This document shows positions 43,045 to 56,346 of a stretch of 64,000 bases of DNA, piece after piece. Both the position numbers and the translations under genes were made by a program. The notes beneath the pieces were generated by a model. It did no database searches. It saw only the letters and a program-made list of their open reading frames with translations, and was not told the DNA's origin. Each line of letters begins with the position of its first letter. Position 1 is the stretch's first letter. The DNA is from Octopus sinensis (lineage: Eukaryota). The DNA is taken from NCBI RefSeq assembly GCF_006345805.1, contig NC_043018.1, positions 12,772,001 through 12,836,000 of the forward strand, in the 5' to 3' direction.

Positions 43045-43282
43045 TCTTGTTTCTTTACTGCCCACAAGGGGCTAAACATAGAGGGGACAAACAAGGACAG
43101 ACCTACGGATTAAGTCGATTAGATCGACCCCAGTGCATAACTGGTACTTAATTTATCGACCCCAAAAGGATGAAAGGCAAAGTCGACCTTGGCGGATTTG
43201 AACTCAGAACGTAACGGCAGACAAATACCACTAAGCATTTCGCCCAGCATGCTAACATTTCTGCCAACTTGCCGCCTTGAAA
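43045..43282 (-). mobile_element. Octopus-type tRNA-derived SINE, family B
   Basis: GGCGGCAAGTTGGCAGAAATGTTAGC...GAGTTCAAATCCGCC..GGTCGACTTTGCCTTTCATCC. Related copies lie at about 9860-10050, 10090-10290, 24410-24770, 42700-42850 and 56600-56820. Confidence 0.75.
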
Positions 43283-43790
43283 AGACTCCATGCATAAGTT
43301 TATAATGATTGGTCATGTGACCGGTCAGGTGGCATTGAGATTTTTGGTTGAGTCTGACATTTGGATTGGCCCAGTTTTACATGGGATACAGAGCTGGTAT
43401 CCAATTGTGTTGCGCAACAGACCACCAAAATCAGCAAATTAAAAACCTTTGTCTGAGCCTCTGTTTGTTAATAAATATCATGATGTGTTTCATTTTAACC
43501 AGAAGGGTGAGTTTGTTTTCAGGAAGCTATGTCTTTATTTTTGTTCCTGTTGAAGCAGATGTGACCAAGTTCGGCTGAGTTGAAGAGCTTTGTATGATTT
43601 TCCACAGACAGCATTCTTCATGATGCATTAATCTGGTTCGCTGTATAATTTTATTTAGCAAAAGAATTAAGTGTTGCTTGTTAACTGAAAGCTTGTTTCT
43701 GGTATTATTTTCCACTGTTTTATATGTAACTCACGAGAAGCAAAGATTTGTTGTAAGAGGACCAGAGACACTGCTTTCCAGCTAAACATC

Positions 43791-43823
<33 letters not shown>

Positions 43824-43832
43824 TATATATAT

Positions 43833-44119
43833 ATCATCATCATCATCATCATCGTTTAACGTCCGTTCTCCATGCTAGCATGGGTTGGACGGTTTGACCT
43901 GGGATCTGGGAAGCCAGAAGGCTGCACCAGGCTCCGGTCTTATCTGGCAATGTTTCTACAGCTGGATGCCCTTCCTAATGCCAACCACTCCGTGAGTGTA
44001 GTGGGTGCTTTTTACGTGCCACCTGCACTGGAGCCAAGCGAGGCTGGCATCGGCCACGGTCGGATTGGTGCTTTTTACGTGCCACCGACACGGAAGCCAG
44101 TCGAGGCGGCGCTGGCATC
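43833..44119 (-). mobile_element. RTE 3'-UTR/tail element inserted in a (TA)n microsatellite
   Basis: CATCATCATCGTTTAACGTCCG... tail sequence with (TA)n on both sides. Similar tail elements occur near 3380, 6350, 12810, 39970, 40460, 47610, 47941, 53740, 54770, 55490 and 61290. Confidence 0.7.
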
Positions 44120-44354
44120 ATATATATATATATATAGATAGATAGATAAAAATGGTAAGACAACAAAAGAAAGAAAGAGACCTCGATACTATGTAAATAG
44201 AGAAATTTATCTGTGACAATTGTTGGTAGCCATGACAAAACTCCGAGTTTCAGATGCCGAGGTGGAAATCCACACTGCCATCTCTTCAGTTATCCGGCCA
44301 TCTGAAACTCGGAGTTTTATCATGGCTACCAAATAATTATCACATACCACATTT

Positions 44355-44396
<42 letters not shown>

Positions 44397-44650
44397 TGTA
44401 TTTTATACTCAAACTGTCGTAGCTAATATATCTAATTTGATTATCTGCATAATTGCCTCCATGTCAGTTCAACTTGATCTCTCTTATAACCATTCTTTAC
44501 CCTGTGGAACCGATCTTCTGTAAAGACTGTGGAGTCTAAGAATCGTTTGTACACTACAAAATGTCTTTTATACAGAGAACCTCTGGATCTCATCTATTGA
44601 CTATATACACATGCATATGTATACATACATGAAACGTACACACACACACA

Positions 44651-45009
44651 GATCTTTTCGGTTTGAACGGCAGTTTTTTCTAGCAGTGTCATAGGAAATT
44701 GTCACCCATAATTATGACCCTAGTATCGATCTATTGCATTTCAATCTGTTTTAGGGTTAGGGGTGGGGAGAAGGGTATCTTTTTTTCTTCAGAAATGTAA
44801 ATAAACCCAATCTGTTTCTTAAACGAGGGACATATTCATACGGCACAGAAAGTTTTCACCTCAATAGATGTCATTGATTGGTTGAAATTGCAGAAATTGA
44901 AGAAGAAAAAACAACAAATATCTTACAAACTATAGAATTTTCTCGAAGTTTAAAAGTGTTTAGTTACGTGGAAATTATTAAAAAAACTGCCGGTCAAACC
45001 GAAAAGATC
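44651..45009. mobile_element. Non-autonomous DNA transposon/MITE with near-perfect 29 bp TIRs
   Basis: GATCTTTTCGGTTTGAACGGCAGTTTTTT and AAAAAACTGCCGGTCAAACCGAAAAGATC (one mismatch), with an internal TTAGGGTTAGGG. Superfamily not assigned. Confidence 0.8.
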
Positions 45010-45060
45010 CCATAATATACTTATATTTTGAGTCAATTTTTCTTGTTTGTACCACCCAAC

Positions 45061-45163
45061 CTACACACACACACACACACGCGCGCACGCACGCGCGCAC
45101 GCACGCACGCACACACGCACGCACACACACACACGCACACACGCACGCACACACGCACGCACG
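45061..45163. repeat. Alternating purine-pyrimidine (AC/ACGC/GC)n tract directly upstream of the TATA box
   Basis: Seen directly, about 100 bp long. Confidence 0.9.
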
Positions 45164-45164
45164 G

Positions 45165-45174
45165 TATATAAAAG
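45165..45174 (+). promoter_or_regulatory. TATA box of the RNF4-like gene
   Basis: TATATAAAAG immediately after an (AC/ACGC)n tract and about 125 nt upstream of a CGT|GTAAGT donor at 45298. Confidence 0.5.
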
Positions 45175-45194
45175 GAATTGACTTCACACGGGAC

Positions 45195-45297
45195 TTGAAC
45201 TTCTGGACCGGCTTTCGTCCTGGCAACGTTTCATATTGGAATCCCGTTTTGACTTTTAACGGACATTTACAGCAAAAATAACACTTTTAAAAGTCGT
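45195..45297 (+). other. Probable non-coding first exon of the RNF4-like gene (5' end approximate)
   Basis: ATG-free segment about 30 nt downstream of the TATA box, ending at a gtaagt donor (45298). Confidence 0.45.
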
Positions 45298-46835
45298 GTA
45301 AGTATCATATTTTATTATTCTAAATCACTTTTACTTAGGAATTTGTTTTCATTCGGCAGAATCTTTACTCAATTCATTTCGAATGAATTAAACAAAAAGT
45401 TGTATTGTTCTTCGTTTTTGTTCCCAGTTTCATTTTCTTGGAATAATTCTGTCTTTCAGAACCTTTTCTGGGGCAAAACAGGTAGAAACGGAGGAAATTA
45501 ATTGTTTAGTAATTTGTTTTTATTAGTTTATTTAATTGAGAAATTTAAAACTGTTCTTGGCGCCTCATGTCTGGAATATTTAAAAGTTTTCTGTTTATAA
45601 TTCCCTCCACATCTTGGATGCTTCATCACTATATATTGGCATTTTAAGAAGACCTTCTGTCTCACTTTGCCCGGTCTTTGTGGAAGGGATCATAAGGATT
45701 CCGTGGATCCACCGTTCTTATATTTATTTACAAACTGAAGCTGGGATTAAAATACGTTTATTTTGAGGTTGGTGTTTGTCCTGTTCTTTGAGACATTCGT
45801 TTTCAACTCCCTTCATTCCCAGAAATTGGGAATCTCCGTGTTTGCCGGTCCACCTTTACCTTGTTTAGCAATATCTATTATTTTGACCCGGCGAAAATTT
45901 CTATTATTTTTGTAAAGAAGTCCTGCAACGGTCAGGCTTGGGTCTTTTTCGGCATTGTTGTTCATTTGGGGGTTTCTGTTTTTGAATTAGATAAAATAAT
46001 AAATTCTAGGAATATATTGCTCTATATATGACCAAGTAGAATGGATTCTGACTCTCTTGGCAACATCCATGGCAAGGTTGCAAAAGGCAACGAAAATTTC
46101 GGAAGAAAAAATATAAATAAGTAAACGAGTGGAAATCGAACCGGTGAGTGTGTTAAATAATAAGGCATTCGGACAATACGACTCTCCCCACACACAGCAT
46201 TATGGTAAATTTTATTTTGTAGTATTTCTGTCCGTTTACACATGTAATCACCCTCATTTCGAATATATGTGGGTTTTGGGTATTACAAACTTGAGGTTCC
46301 ACCCCTACTTAGTTTTCCCCATGTATAATGTTCGTGACCCAAAGGAGACCCCTAAGCCACCGGGGAGGATTTTACGGTCAAGTCTTACGACTGAAATTTA
46401 TTGAACAAAAAAGAAAGAAAGAAAAAAAGGTAACTGGTCCTCTTACGGATTGTGGTCTCCCAGCTTATAATCTCGGTAACTATGTCCAACATTAATTTGA
46501 TAAATCATCAATTAAACTAATTGTCAGAAGCTAAGAATCTTGTGTTTGGCGCTTGTTTTGTTGGATGGAAGAAGTCACGAGATTCGAGAAATTCATTAGA
46601 AAAAGCGACGTTCGGAATTTGGAGGGAACTCTAAAAACAAACAAATATATAAAAAAATAGGGCTTCAAGCCTGGAACCGTACTTTGAAATCAGCACTATT
46701 GCCAGTTCAGCATTCTTTCGATATAACTCGATAAAATCAAAACACTTTACTTTGGGTATTTCCGTGTTATGGTTTTAGAAAAGCTATCAGTTTGTATGTT
46801 ACACAAATACTGTGTGACCTGCCAGTCAGGAAAAC

Positions 46836-47310
46836 TAACACTGTGTAAACAAAAAAACATTTTTTTTCGTCTTTGGTTAGTGTTATTTCTTATTTGTTTC
46901 TATCTGGAAAACAAAGGAAATGACTACTATTCCCTTCAGACTTTGCTTTTGTGATCTGGCCATCATCGTTTTGAATCTGACCGATTTTCCATTACATTTC
47001 AGACAGATTCAGTGGTGAGTTGCTGAAGCAGGAATATCATTATAGCAAATATTCTTGTTCGGTACTATAGTTTTGCCTGTCAATTGCTTGACCTTAACCA
47101 CTTGAACGTGTCCCTTGGTGGCTGACAATATCTGCATCTCTGGTAACGAGCAGCAGTAGTTGGGAGCCTCCATAGCCATGTGTTGAGAAGGATTTTCTGG
47201 GACTTGAATAAATGTAAGAAAAGCAAAGTTTGAAAGAGATATTAATCATTTTTCCATACTTTCTGGGGGTAAGCAAATAGGAAATGACACTTGCTACCCA
47301 AGGACAAAAG
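46836..47310 (+). repeat. Unclassified interspersed repeat (about 470 bp), copy 2
   Basis: Collinear with 6747-7222. Confidence 0.75.
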
Positions 47311-47867
47311 TTCTGTATAATTTATTGAGGATTTACCTTCATTTTTGCATCCTTTATTCACTTTTCCATACTTTATGGGTCAAGCAGAATTTGTGTGTGG
47401 TAAATTTTCTGTGGTCAACGCTCACCTGTCTTTCCATGTTCAGACCTGTTTTACACAATTAAAAACAACTCATTTACAATCATCATACAATGTTGAGACG
47501 ACCCCTGTTTCTGCCCCCCCCCTGTAGTACTGTAATCTCTCGTATCATCTGGCATAAAACCCCCTCCTCCATTGACCCCCTCCCCTCTCAAAGGATCTTC
47601 GTCTTGCCAGTTACGTGGTGACCTCACTGGTGCCGGTGTGATGCAAAAAGGTCATCCAGTCCACTCTGTAAGGTTGTTGGTGGTTGGAAGAGCATCAAGC
47701 CGTAAAGACTATGCAAAAACAGACCTTGCCAGTGCTAGTCCGATGGAAAAAGCCCTCGTTCCGAAACAGTCTCTGGCACTTGGTGCAGTCCCCTGGCTTG
47801 CCAGCTTCTCTTAAACGGTCTAACCTATGTCAGCATGGAAGGCGGATGTTAAATAATAATGATGATG

Positions 47868-47915
<48 letters not shown>

Positions 47916-49403
47916 TTCATGATAGGTTTCTTTCAGTTTCATCGTCATCATTTAACATCCATTGTCCATGCTGGTATGGGTTGGATGGTTTGATCGGCTG
48001 GCATGCTGGAAGGCTGCACCAGGCTCCAGTCTGATTTGACATGGTTTTCTACGGCTGGATGTCTTTCCTAACGCCAACCACTCCAAGAGTGTAGTGGGTG
48101 CTTTTATGTGACACCAACATGGGTGCCAATTTGTGTGACACTGGTATCTGCCATGACTGCAATTTTGCTCGGCTTCATGAGGCTTCTTCTCAAGCACAAC
48201 ACAATGCCAAACGTCTTGGTCATTGCCTCCATGAGGCCCAACACTTGAAAGGATCTCAGCTAGTTTACCTCCATGAGTTTCCATCTCTCAAATCCATTCT
48301 CAAGTAGAAGACATTTGCCCAAAGTACTTTGCAGTGGGATTGAACTTGAAACCACATGGTTAGGAAGCAGGCTTCTTAACCATGCCTGTGCCTATCGAAA
48401 TATTTATTTTGACCTGAAATTGTTCTGACTCTTTGTTATAATTAAATGATGGATGTGTGTGGACTGTGATGCTGTATGTTAGAGAGATGTGGGCACTGAA
48501 AGTAGAGGATGTATGAAGGTCGGAAAGAAACAAGGTGAGCACTCTCTGTTGGGTGTGGAAGGATGAGGCAGGGATGAGCCGAGAGAGAAACTGAGTTGTG
48601 GTGTGCATGGATAATGACAACTGGTGTGGACAATTAACAGGTATGGATGAAGAGAGGCAGGTGAAGAAGTGCCAAGAGATTCGTTTGTAAGGATCCATGT
48701 GGAAGAGTAAGTTCAAGAAAGACAGCGGCAGAAATGGCAAAAGCTGATCTCAAGAAACCGAACCTTGCAAAAGAGATGACAAAAGAATATAACTAATGGT
48801 TGGATGCTGTGTTGGAGAGGACCGTGGGAAAACGGATGTGAAACTGATAAACGATAGCATTGCAAGAAATAAATGTTCCTTGCAAGTTTAGTTTTGTCTA
48901 AAATAAGTTCAAAGTCAACCCTTTTCTTCCCACATTCCTATATTTGTTTCAATTAATTTTTAAGAAAGAGTTTAAGCTTGAGTTTGCAACAAATTAACAG
49001 GAAATTTTGATAAAAAACTTTTCATTCAGATCACTTTAAACTAAGAAGATTTTATGGTGAAATTGGATGAGTTTGTATCAAAACAGTTATCAATTCTCTG
49101 TTTATCATTTAGAAGTCTGTGGCATTATACCAATGTGAGGAATTATTTAACTCTTTAGCATTTAAACTGACCATATCTGGCCAAAATATTCTAAATATTT
49201 TTTGTTCAAACTCAACAATGACTTTCTAGAAATTAAGTTACATCATCAGATTCTCAAAGCTGGGGCAGAATGCAGGGTTAATTTAAAACGATATCAATAA
49301 ATAAGCATTAAATTTGACCAAGTAATCTGAATGGTAAAAGGTTAAACATTTTCTTCTTATTCAGAGAGCCATTGACTCAACAACTTGGGCTGTTCTTCAT
49401 ACA

Positions 49404-52400
49404 ATGCCAAACTTTGGTTCAAGATATACAGCGAACAGTATGGAACCTACATGTAAGTATCTCTTAAAAGGAGGAAATTTTGAGTATGTGTGAGTGGAGT
49501 GGGGTTATATAGATCAATCCGTAGTAGGACAATCCGGAACCATGTAGTTGGGAAGCAATTTTCTTGCCCTACCTGTTTTATTTTGTTTTTAACCCTTTCG
49601 TTACCAACCCGGCTGAAACCGGCTCTGGCTCTGTAGTACAAATGTCTTGTTTTCATAAGTTTTGAATTAAAATTTTCCACCAAACCTTAGTCACAATTTA
49701 TGTTCCTAACACTAGCTGAATGATAACCAAGTTATTTTAGTAAATTCTTTGTTATATTTAAAGTAATTGAAAGAAACACAAAGCATCCCAAAATAAATAC
49801 AGTAACGAAAGGGTTAAATCTTAAAAATCTATTAAATGAGTCTGTTAAACAGTTTAGTGATGCTGGCAGACATGAGACAGAGGACTGGAAACACGGTCTT
49901 CCTAGCATTGGCTTTCCTCTTCATTTCTACCATTTCTACATTAATTGTTGCCAACACATCACTGGTTTGCCCTTCAACATTTTTTCCATCCAAGGCAATG
50001 TTTAACCCAATGTTCTGCTTGATATTATTCGTAGCTTTATCAGCTTTGAGTTCCATCATTAAGAATAATTTCAATGAAATCATTCTGCATTGCTTATTTG
50101 TTCAGCTTCAACATTGAAACTCTGTCTTTTGTCTGTCCTCCATAAAACCACTCTTGCATAACATCTTTGCATATTGCAGATATTTATGATCTAAGTGATG
50201 ATGATGGTTTGATGTCCGATGCTACAACAATAATCTGTGTAAGTAAACTGAAGCCTTTTCTTGTTTTTGTGTGTTTGTGAGGATTTACCACTTCAATCAT
50301 TTCAAGATTATTTTGTATCTTGAACCAAATTCTTCTATGCAAATTTAACTTTTTGTACCTTTAAGTTTAACACACACACACACACACTTTTCATTCGGTT
50401 TCTGTCTACTAAATCTACTCACAAGGCTTTGGTCAGCCTGGGGCTATATTAGAAGACCCCTCTCCAAAGTAGGACTGATCCCAAGTCAACGTGGTTCCGA
50501 AGCAAACTTTTTTAACCATGTCTGCATAGAATTTTTTTTTTTTTGTTATTTAAAAATAACTTGCACTGGATTCCTAGTTTTATATTGATCTCTTTTGCCA
50601 AACTGCTAAGTTACAGGTACATAAACACACCAACACTGGTTGTGGAGTGATAGTGGTGGTAGGGGACATAGACAGACACACATGGTGGGCTACTTTCAGT
50701 TTGTCACTGTGAGACTAAACCCGGAACCATGTGGTTAGGCAGCAAGCATCTTACCACACAGCCACCCCGATATAAATTTACAGACACCATCTTCAAATTT
50801 GTTTTATTCTTTTCAGGTTTGTTTTCCTTCTTACATTAAATATGTTTTACAATTTCTCATTTCAGGATTCTCTGTCAGAACCTACAACAGGTAAATTTTA
50901 CTGCTTTAGTTATCAAAATATCTTAATCAGTGCATCTCAAACCAGGGTCCATATGGCCCCTGGGGTTCCACATAAGATTTTGTTGCTAGAATTTATATGC
51001 AATACAAGTTATACTTCTACAATGCATGAAATATTTCAATTTTTTTTTTTTTTTTTTACACAATTCCTAATAATATTTAATTATGAAAATATGTTGAGAG
51101 GCAGACAAATCATAAATCCTTTCAGGTAGATGGCCCTACTAGATCTGTAGAAAAGGCATTGGTAGACACTCCATGAGATGTACCTGGTGTAAGCTATGGA
51201 CACATAAGAGGTGCAGCAATATCAAAGGAAGGTTAACTAGGAAGATAGTTTTTGTGTGTGGCAGATGCAGAGGGGCAATAAACCCTGAAGATGTACAGAA
51301 AACAGATTCCATCACACACCAGGGGGAAAAACTTGAAGTAGTTGTTAACTTCCGTTACCTAGGTGACCAAGTCAGTAGCAGGAGTGGATGCTCTGAGAGT
51401 GTAGCTGCTAGAATCAGAATAGGCTGGGCAAAGTTCAGAGAGCTCCTACCTCTGTTGGTAACAAAGGACCTCTTTCTCAGAGTGAAAGGTAGACTGTGAT
51501 GCATGTGTGCGAGCAGGTATGCTACATGGCAGTGAAACATGGGCTGTGATTGCTGAGAACATGCATAGGCTTGAAAGGAATGAAGCTAGTATGCTTCACT
51601 GGATGTGTAATGTCAGTGTGCATATATGACAGAGAGAAAAGTAGGACATGGGAAGCATCAGTTGTGGTGTGCAAGAGAGAGACGACTGTGCTGGTATGGT
51701 CATGTGATGCATATGGATGAGGACAGCTGTGTGAAGGAGTGTTTCACCCTTACAGTGGAGGGAACCTGTGGAAGAGGTAGACCCAGGAAGACATGAGATG
51801 AGCTAGGGAAGCATGACCTTCGAACATTGGGCTTCATAGGCAATGACAAGTGACCTTTGGAGATATGCCATGCTTGAGAAAATCCAGCAAGACAAGTGAG
51901 ATCATAGTCATTGCCCTTTTAAAAGCATCCTTCAATCATTGGGCAATATGCCATGCTTGTGAAGACTGAGCGAAATCGTAGTCGTGGCCGATGCCAGTGC
52001 CGCCTGACTGGCACCTATGCTGGTGGCACGTAAAAAGCACCATTTGAGCGTGGTTGAGGCCGGTGCTGCCTGACCAGCTCCCATGTCGGTGACATGTAAA
52101 AGTACCCACTACACTCCAGAGTGGTTGGTGTTAGGAAGGGCATCCATCTGTTGAAACCTTGCCAAATCAGATTGGAATGTGGTGCAGCCTCCCAGCTTGC
52201 CAGATCTCTGTTAAACCGTCCAACCCATGCCAGCATGGGAAGCGGACATTAAGTGATAACGATGATCATGATGATGACGATCAAATGATTGGGAGGGTCC
52301 AACTGAGCAAAACAAGAATGAAAGGGGTTCCACAGGTAAAAAATGGTTGATGACCACTGACGTAAGTGTAACTATGAGGGATGCGGAAGAGTTCCTGGTT

Positions 52401-55400
52401 TTCAGTGAAAGAAAAAAAAAGGAGGATCAGTTGATTATAATTTTATTTAATATATTCCCCTCTCAGATTCACACACTTAGTGCAGCGGTCCTTCAGTTTT
52501 TCTAAAACCTGCAAAAGAACTCTGAATGTTGGGTCTCCAACCAAGCTTTTTGTGATACCCTTAAAGCCAGGAACTTTTCAGCACTCCCTCACATTTTAGT
52601 CAAATTGTATTTATTATAAAAGCCCTGTTGCACATTCCCAATGTTACAGTATTTATTTGTGCATAATTTGCTCTTTTGTTTGAGATTTTAAACTGTACAA
52701 AGTAAGGATTTATGAGAAATAAATGTTTGCACTTTTCCCACATCTGCATCCTATTGAATGACCATGGCATCAGTTCCTCCTGTGCTCTTGAGTACATTGT
52801 GCAGCACATTAACCCCACTGGCTTCTGTTGGTTTAAAGTTTTCCCTACATCTGGTCATGTGATATTGGCCTTTCTTTCATGAGGCACCTGTGCCAGTGAG
52901 TGATTTCCATGAGGTGCCTGTGCCAGTGAGTGACGCCGGCACTTGGATGCCAAGTTCTGTCAAGAGAGCAACTGTAATGCATCCGTAGGGATGGTGTTCA
53001 TATTTGTGTGATCAGCTGATGAAAGATTCACTGTGATAAAAGCTCCCAATTTAAATTCATTTTAATGAAAATTGGATGGAAACAGAGAGTGATGGGAATC
53101 CATGAAAGCAGCGAAAAAAGACTGGCAAAAAAGTTCCAGAATGCTTCTTACCAATTCCATCAAACGTTGGCCCTCATGCATTTACAGTTGTTGGTGCAGG
53201 CCATCACCAAATGTGACGTTGTCTCTCACCTCTCCACATAATCTGTTAAGGCTTTTATATCCTCTTCTTTTTTTCTATTGAAGATAACCTTCATGACATG
53301 AGCTGCTACATTTCTGATGATGTGGTCAGTGAGGAATCTATTATAATATGTGTAAGTATAAAGGTCTTCCTTCCTGTGAGGGTTCAATCACTTGTCTTTC
53401 TCTTTGCTAACTTGGAATTGTTAACTCTTTTAGCATTCAGGATTACCCTGTCAAATGCAATGCTTATTAATTCACATTATTTTGAATTAATCATGTATTA
53501 TCTCAAAGCTTCAAGATTATGATGATGTGATTGTTTAATTTTAAATAACATTGCAGGGTAGGTGTGACTGGCCAGATCTGGCCAAGTTTAAGCATATGAA
53601 TATGGCCAGTCTAAATGCCAATGGGTTAACCTATCAACAGTGTGTTTGTCTAACCTTTTCTAGGAAGCAATATGTAAATGAAAAATTATTTCTGTTGTAT
53701 GACAATGAGATCTGGAACCATTATTGGTATATTATTCATACGCGTCGCCTTACTAGCACTTGTGCTGGTGGCACGTGAAACATTCGAGCGAGGTTATCGC
53801 CAGTGCCGCTGGACTGGCTCCTGTGCAGGTGGCACATAAAAAGCACAATTTGGGTGTGGCCGTTGCCAGTACCACCTGACTGGCTCTCGTGCCGGTGGCA
53901 CGTAAAAGCACCCACTACACTCTTTGAGTGGTTGGCGTTAGGAAGGGCATCCAGTTGTAGAAACTCTGCCAGATCAGATTGGAGTCTGGTTCGCCAGACC
54001 TCAGTCAAATCGTTCAACCCATGCTAGCATGGAAAGCGGACGTTAAATGATGATGAATATGTCCAGGCAGGTTTAGACACAAAACATGCTGGTTGCTATA
54101 GTGTATGTCATAGGAGAATAACTTCTCCCTTTTACAAGAATATCACTTGGATCATTGGTACATAGGATTCTGGGACACCGTTATTAAATGATTAAAATGA
54201 ATCCAAATTATATGGCTGTGTGGTAAGAAGCTTGCTTACCAATCACATAGTTCCAGTTTCAGTTCCACTGTAATGCACCTTAGGCAAATGTCTTCTTCCA
54301 TAGCTTCAGGCCAGCTAAAGACTTGTGAGGGAATTTGGTAGATGGGAACTGAAAGAAGCCTGTAGTGTGTGTCCGTGTGTCCACCATCACTGGCTGACAA
54401 CTGATGTTGATGTTTTTATGTCCCTACAACTTAGCGGTTTGGTAAAAGTGACTGATAAAATAAGTACTAGGCTTAAAAAAAAAAGTCTTGGGGTCAATTT
54501 GTTCGACTAAAACCCTTCAAGGTGGTGCCCCAGTATGGCCACAGTCAAATGACTGAAACAAGTAAAATAAAAAAAAAACACACACACAAATTCGTTTCAC
54601 AAATTTCCATCTGTTCCTTTGGGGGTTTTATCCAAAATCAATTATATTCATTCTTCTCAGCCCCCAGACGATTGTCCAGTCATATGTTTTCTTTGGTGGT
54701 GGTCAGATTTATGACATTGTTTCAATTACTTTAGTCTTCTCTATTTCACATCTCACCAGGTTCTTCATCATTTAGCATCCATTTTCCATGCTGGCAGACG
54801 TTGGATGGTTTGATTGGAACTGGAACGCCAGACAGTGGCACCAGGCACCAGTCTGTCTGTTTTGGTTTGCTTTCTACGGCTGGATGCCCTTCCCACACTC
54901 CAAGAGTGTAGTGGGAGCCTTATACGTGTCACTGGCACATGTGCCTCATATACACCACTGGCACAAGCACTTTATATGCACCGTGTACTGGCGCAAGTGC
55001 CTCATGTGTCACTCACTGGCACAGGCACCTCATAGGCGTCACTCACTGGCACAGGCGCCTCATAGGCGTCACCTGCTGGTACAGGCGCCTGATATGCGTC
55101 CCCTCTGGCAGAGGCGCCTGATATGCGTCCCCTCTGGCACAGGCGTCTGATATGTGCCACCCGCTAGCATGGGTGCCTGGCACCTGACACGTGCCACCTG
55201 CTGGCATCTCATATGCGACACCGACTGGCACAGGTGCCTTATTTGCATCACTGGCACTGGCCTATTTTCAATCTATTCTCATCGCCAAGTTGAGAGCTAT
55301 GAGTGTGTTTGGAAGCAACCAAGAAGTGCTGTGAGCAAAATATTAAACTCAGTTTGTGAATTTAACCAGTCATGTGCCAACTGTGGACTGAAAACACAAA

Positions 55401-56315
55401 GTCACCTTGAATTTTAGTGCAGCTCATCTGATAAAGAGCCATTCTCATGCAGCCCACATGAAAATCCTTGCCAAAGCTGGAATCCATCATCATCATCATT
55501 TAATGTCTATGTTTCCATGCTGACATAGGTTGGACAGTTTGACAAGGGGCCAACAGGTCCCAAGCACCGCATCATGCTTCAGTGTCTGTTTTGGTATTGT
55601 TTCTTTGACTGGATGCCCTTCCTAATGCTGACCCCTTCACAAAGTGTACTAGATGCATTTTTTTTTTGTGCCACCGACACTAGTGAGCTTGCAAGTCTAT
55701 GAAAACCAAGGGTTTGGGCTTTATGCTAGGCAGATGAGAGGGTCAAGGTGTGAAAGAAGCGAGTGGGGCACAGCAGGTTCTTGTTATAGGGAACTTACAT
55801 GACTACTTACATTTAGGTGAGAGAACTGAAACCAGTTGTAGCTGCTTCGGTCTAATGGAGGTGATGGTCATCTCCTTCACTTCACTCACTTGGTGGCTGG
55901 TGACATTTATTTTTCTACAATTTCTCATTTCAGGACACTCCAAGAAGAATTACAAGAGGTAAATTTTTTCATAATTTTTAAACATTTTAATTCTCACTTT
56001 TTATTTTATTATATTTAAAAAAAGAAATTTATATACATAGGTGCAGGTGTGGCTGTGTGGTAAGAAGATTGCTTCCCAACCACATGGTTCTGGGTTCAGT
56101 CTCACTGCATGGGATCATGGGCTGGCCAAAGCCTTGTGAGTGGATTTCGTAGACGGAAAAGCAATTGTGGTGAAGCAATTAGCTGAACCCTAATTATAAT
56201 TATGTGGATAATTTTACCTATAAAGGTCATTTTAACGTACCGATCTACTTGGTAAAATTATTAATTGATTGATTGATTAATTAATTAATTTGATTAATAA
56301 ATTTTACCCTTCTAT

Positions 56316-56346
<31 letters not shown>

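Noticed and set aside
44750-44765. Interstitial telomere
   Set aside because: There are only about two TTAGGG units, and they lie inside a MITE.
51173-51499. Active or intact transposon ORFs (RTE, mariner, HERO)
   Set aside because: All copies are truncated and carry stops or frameshifts, so none can be autonomous.
50866-55958. The two paralogous 25 nt exons as a mutually exclusive exon pair
   Set aside because: A 68 nt phase 1-to-0 exon (53284-53351) lies between them and restores the frame, so both can be included. A tandem two-exon duplication explains the data better.
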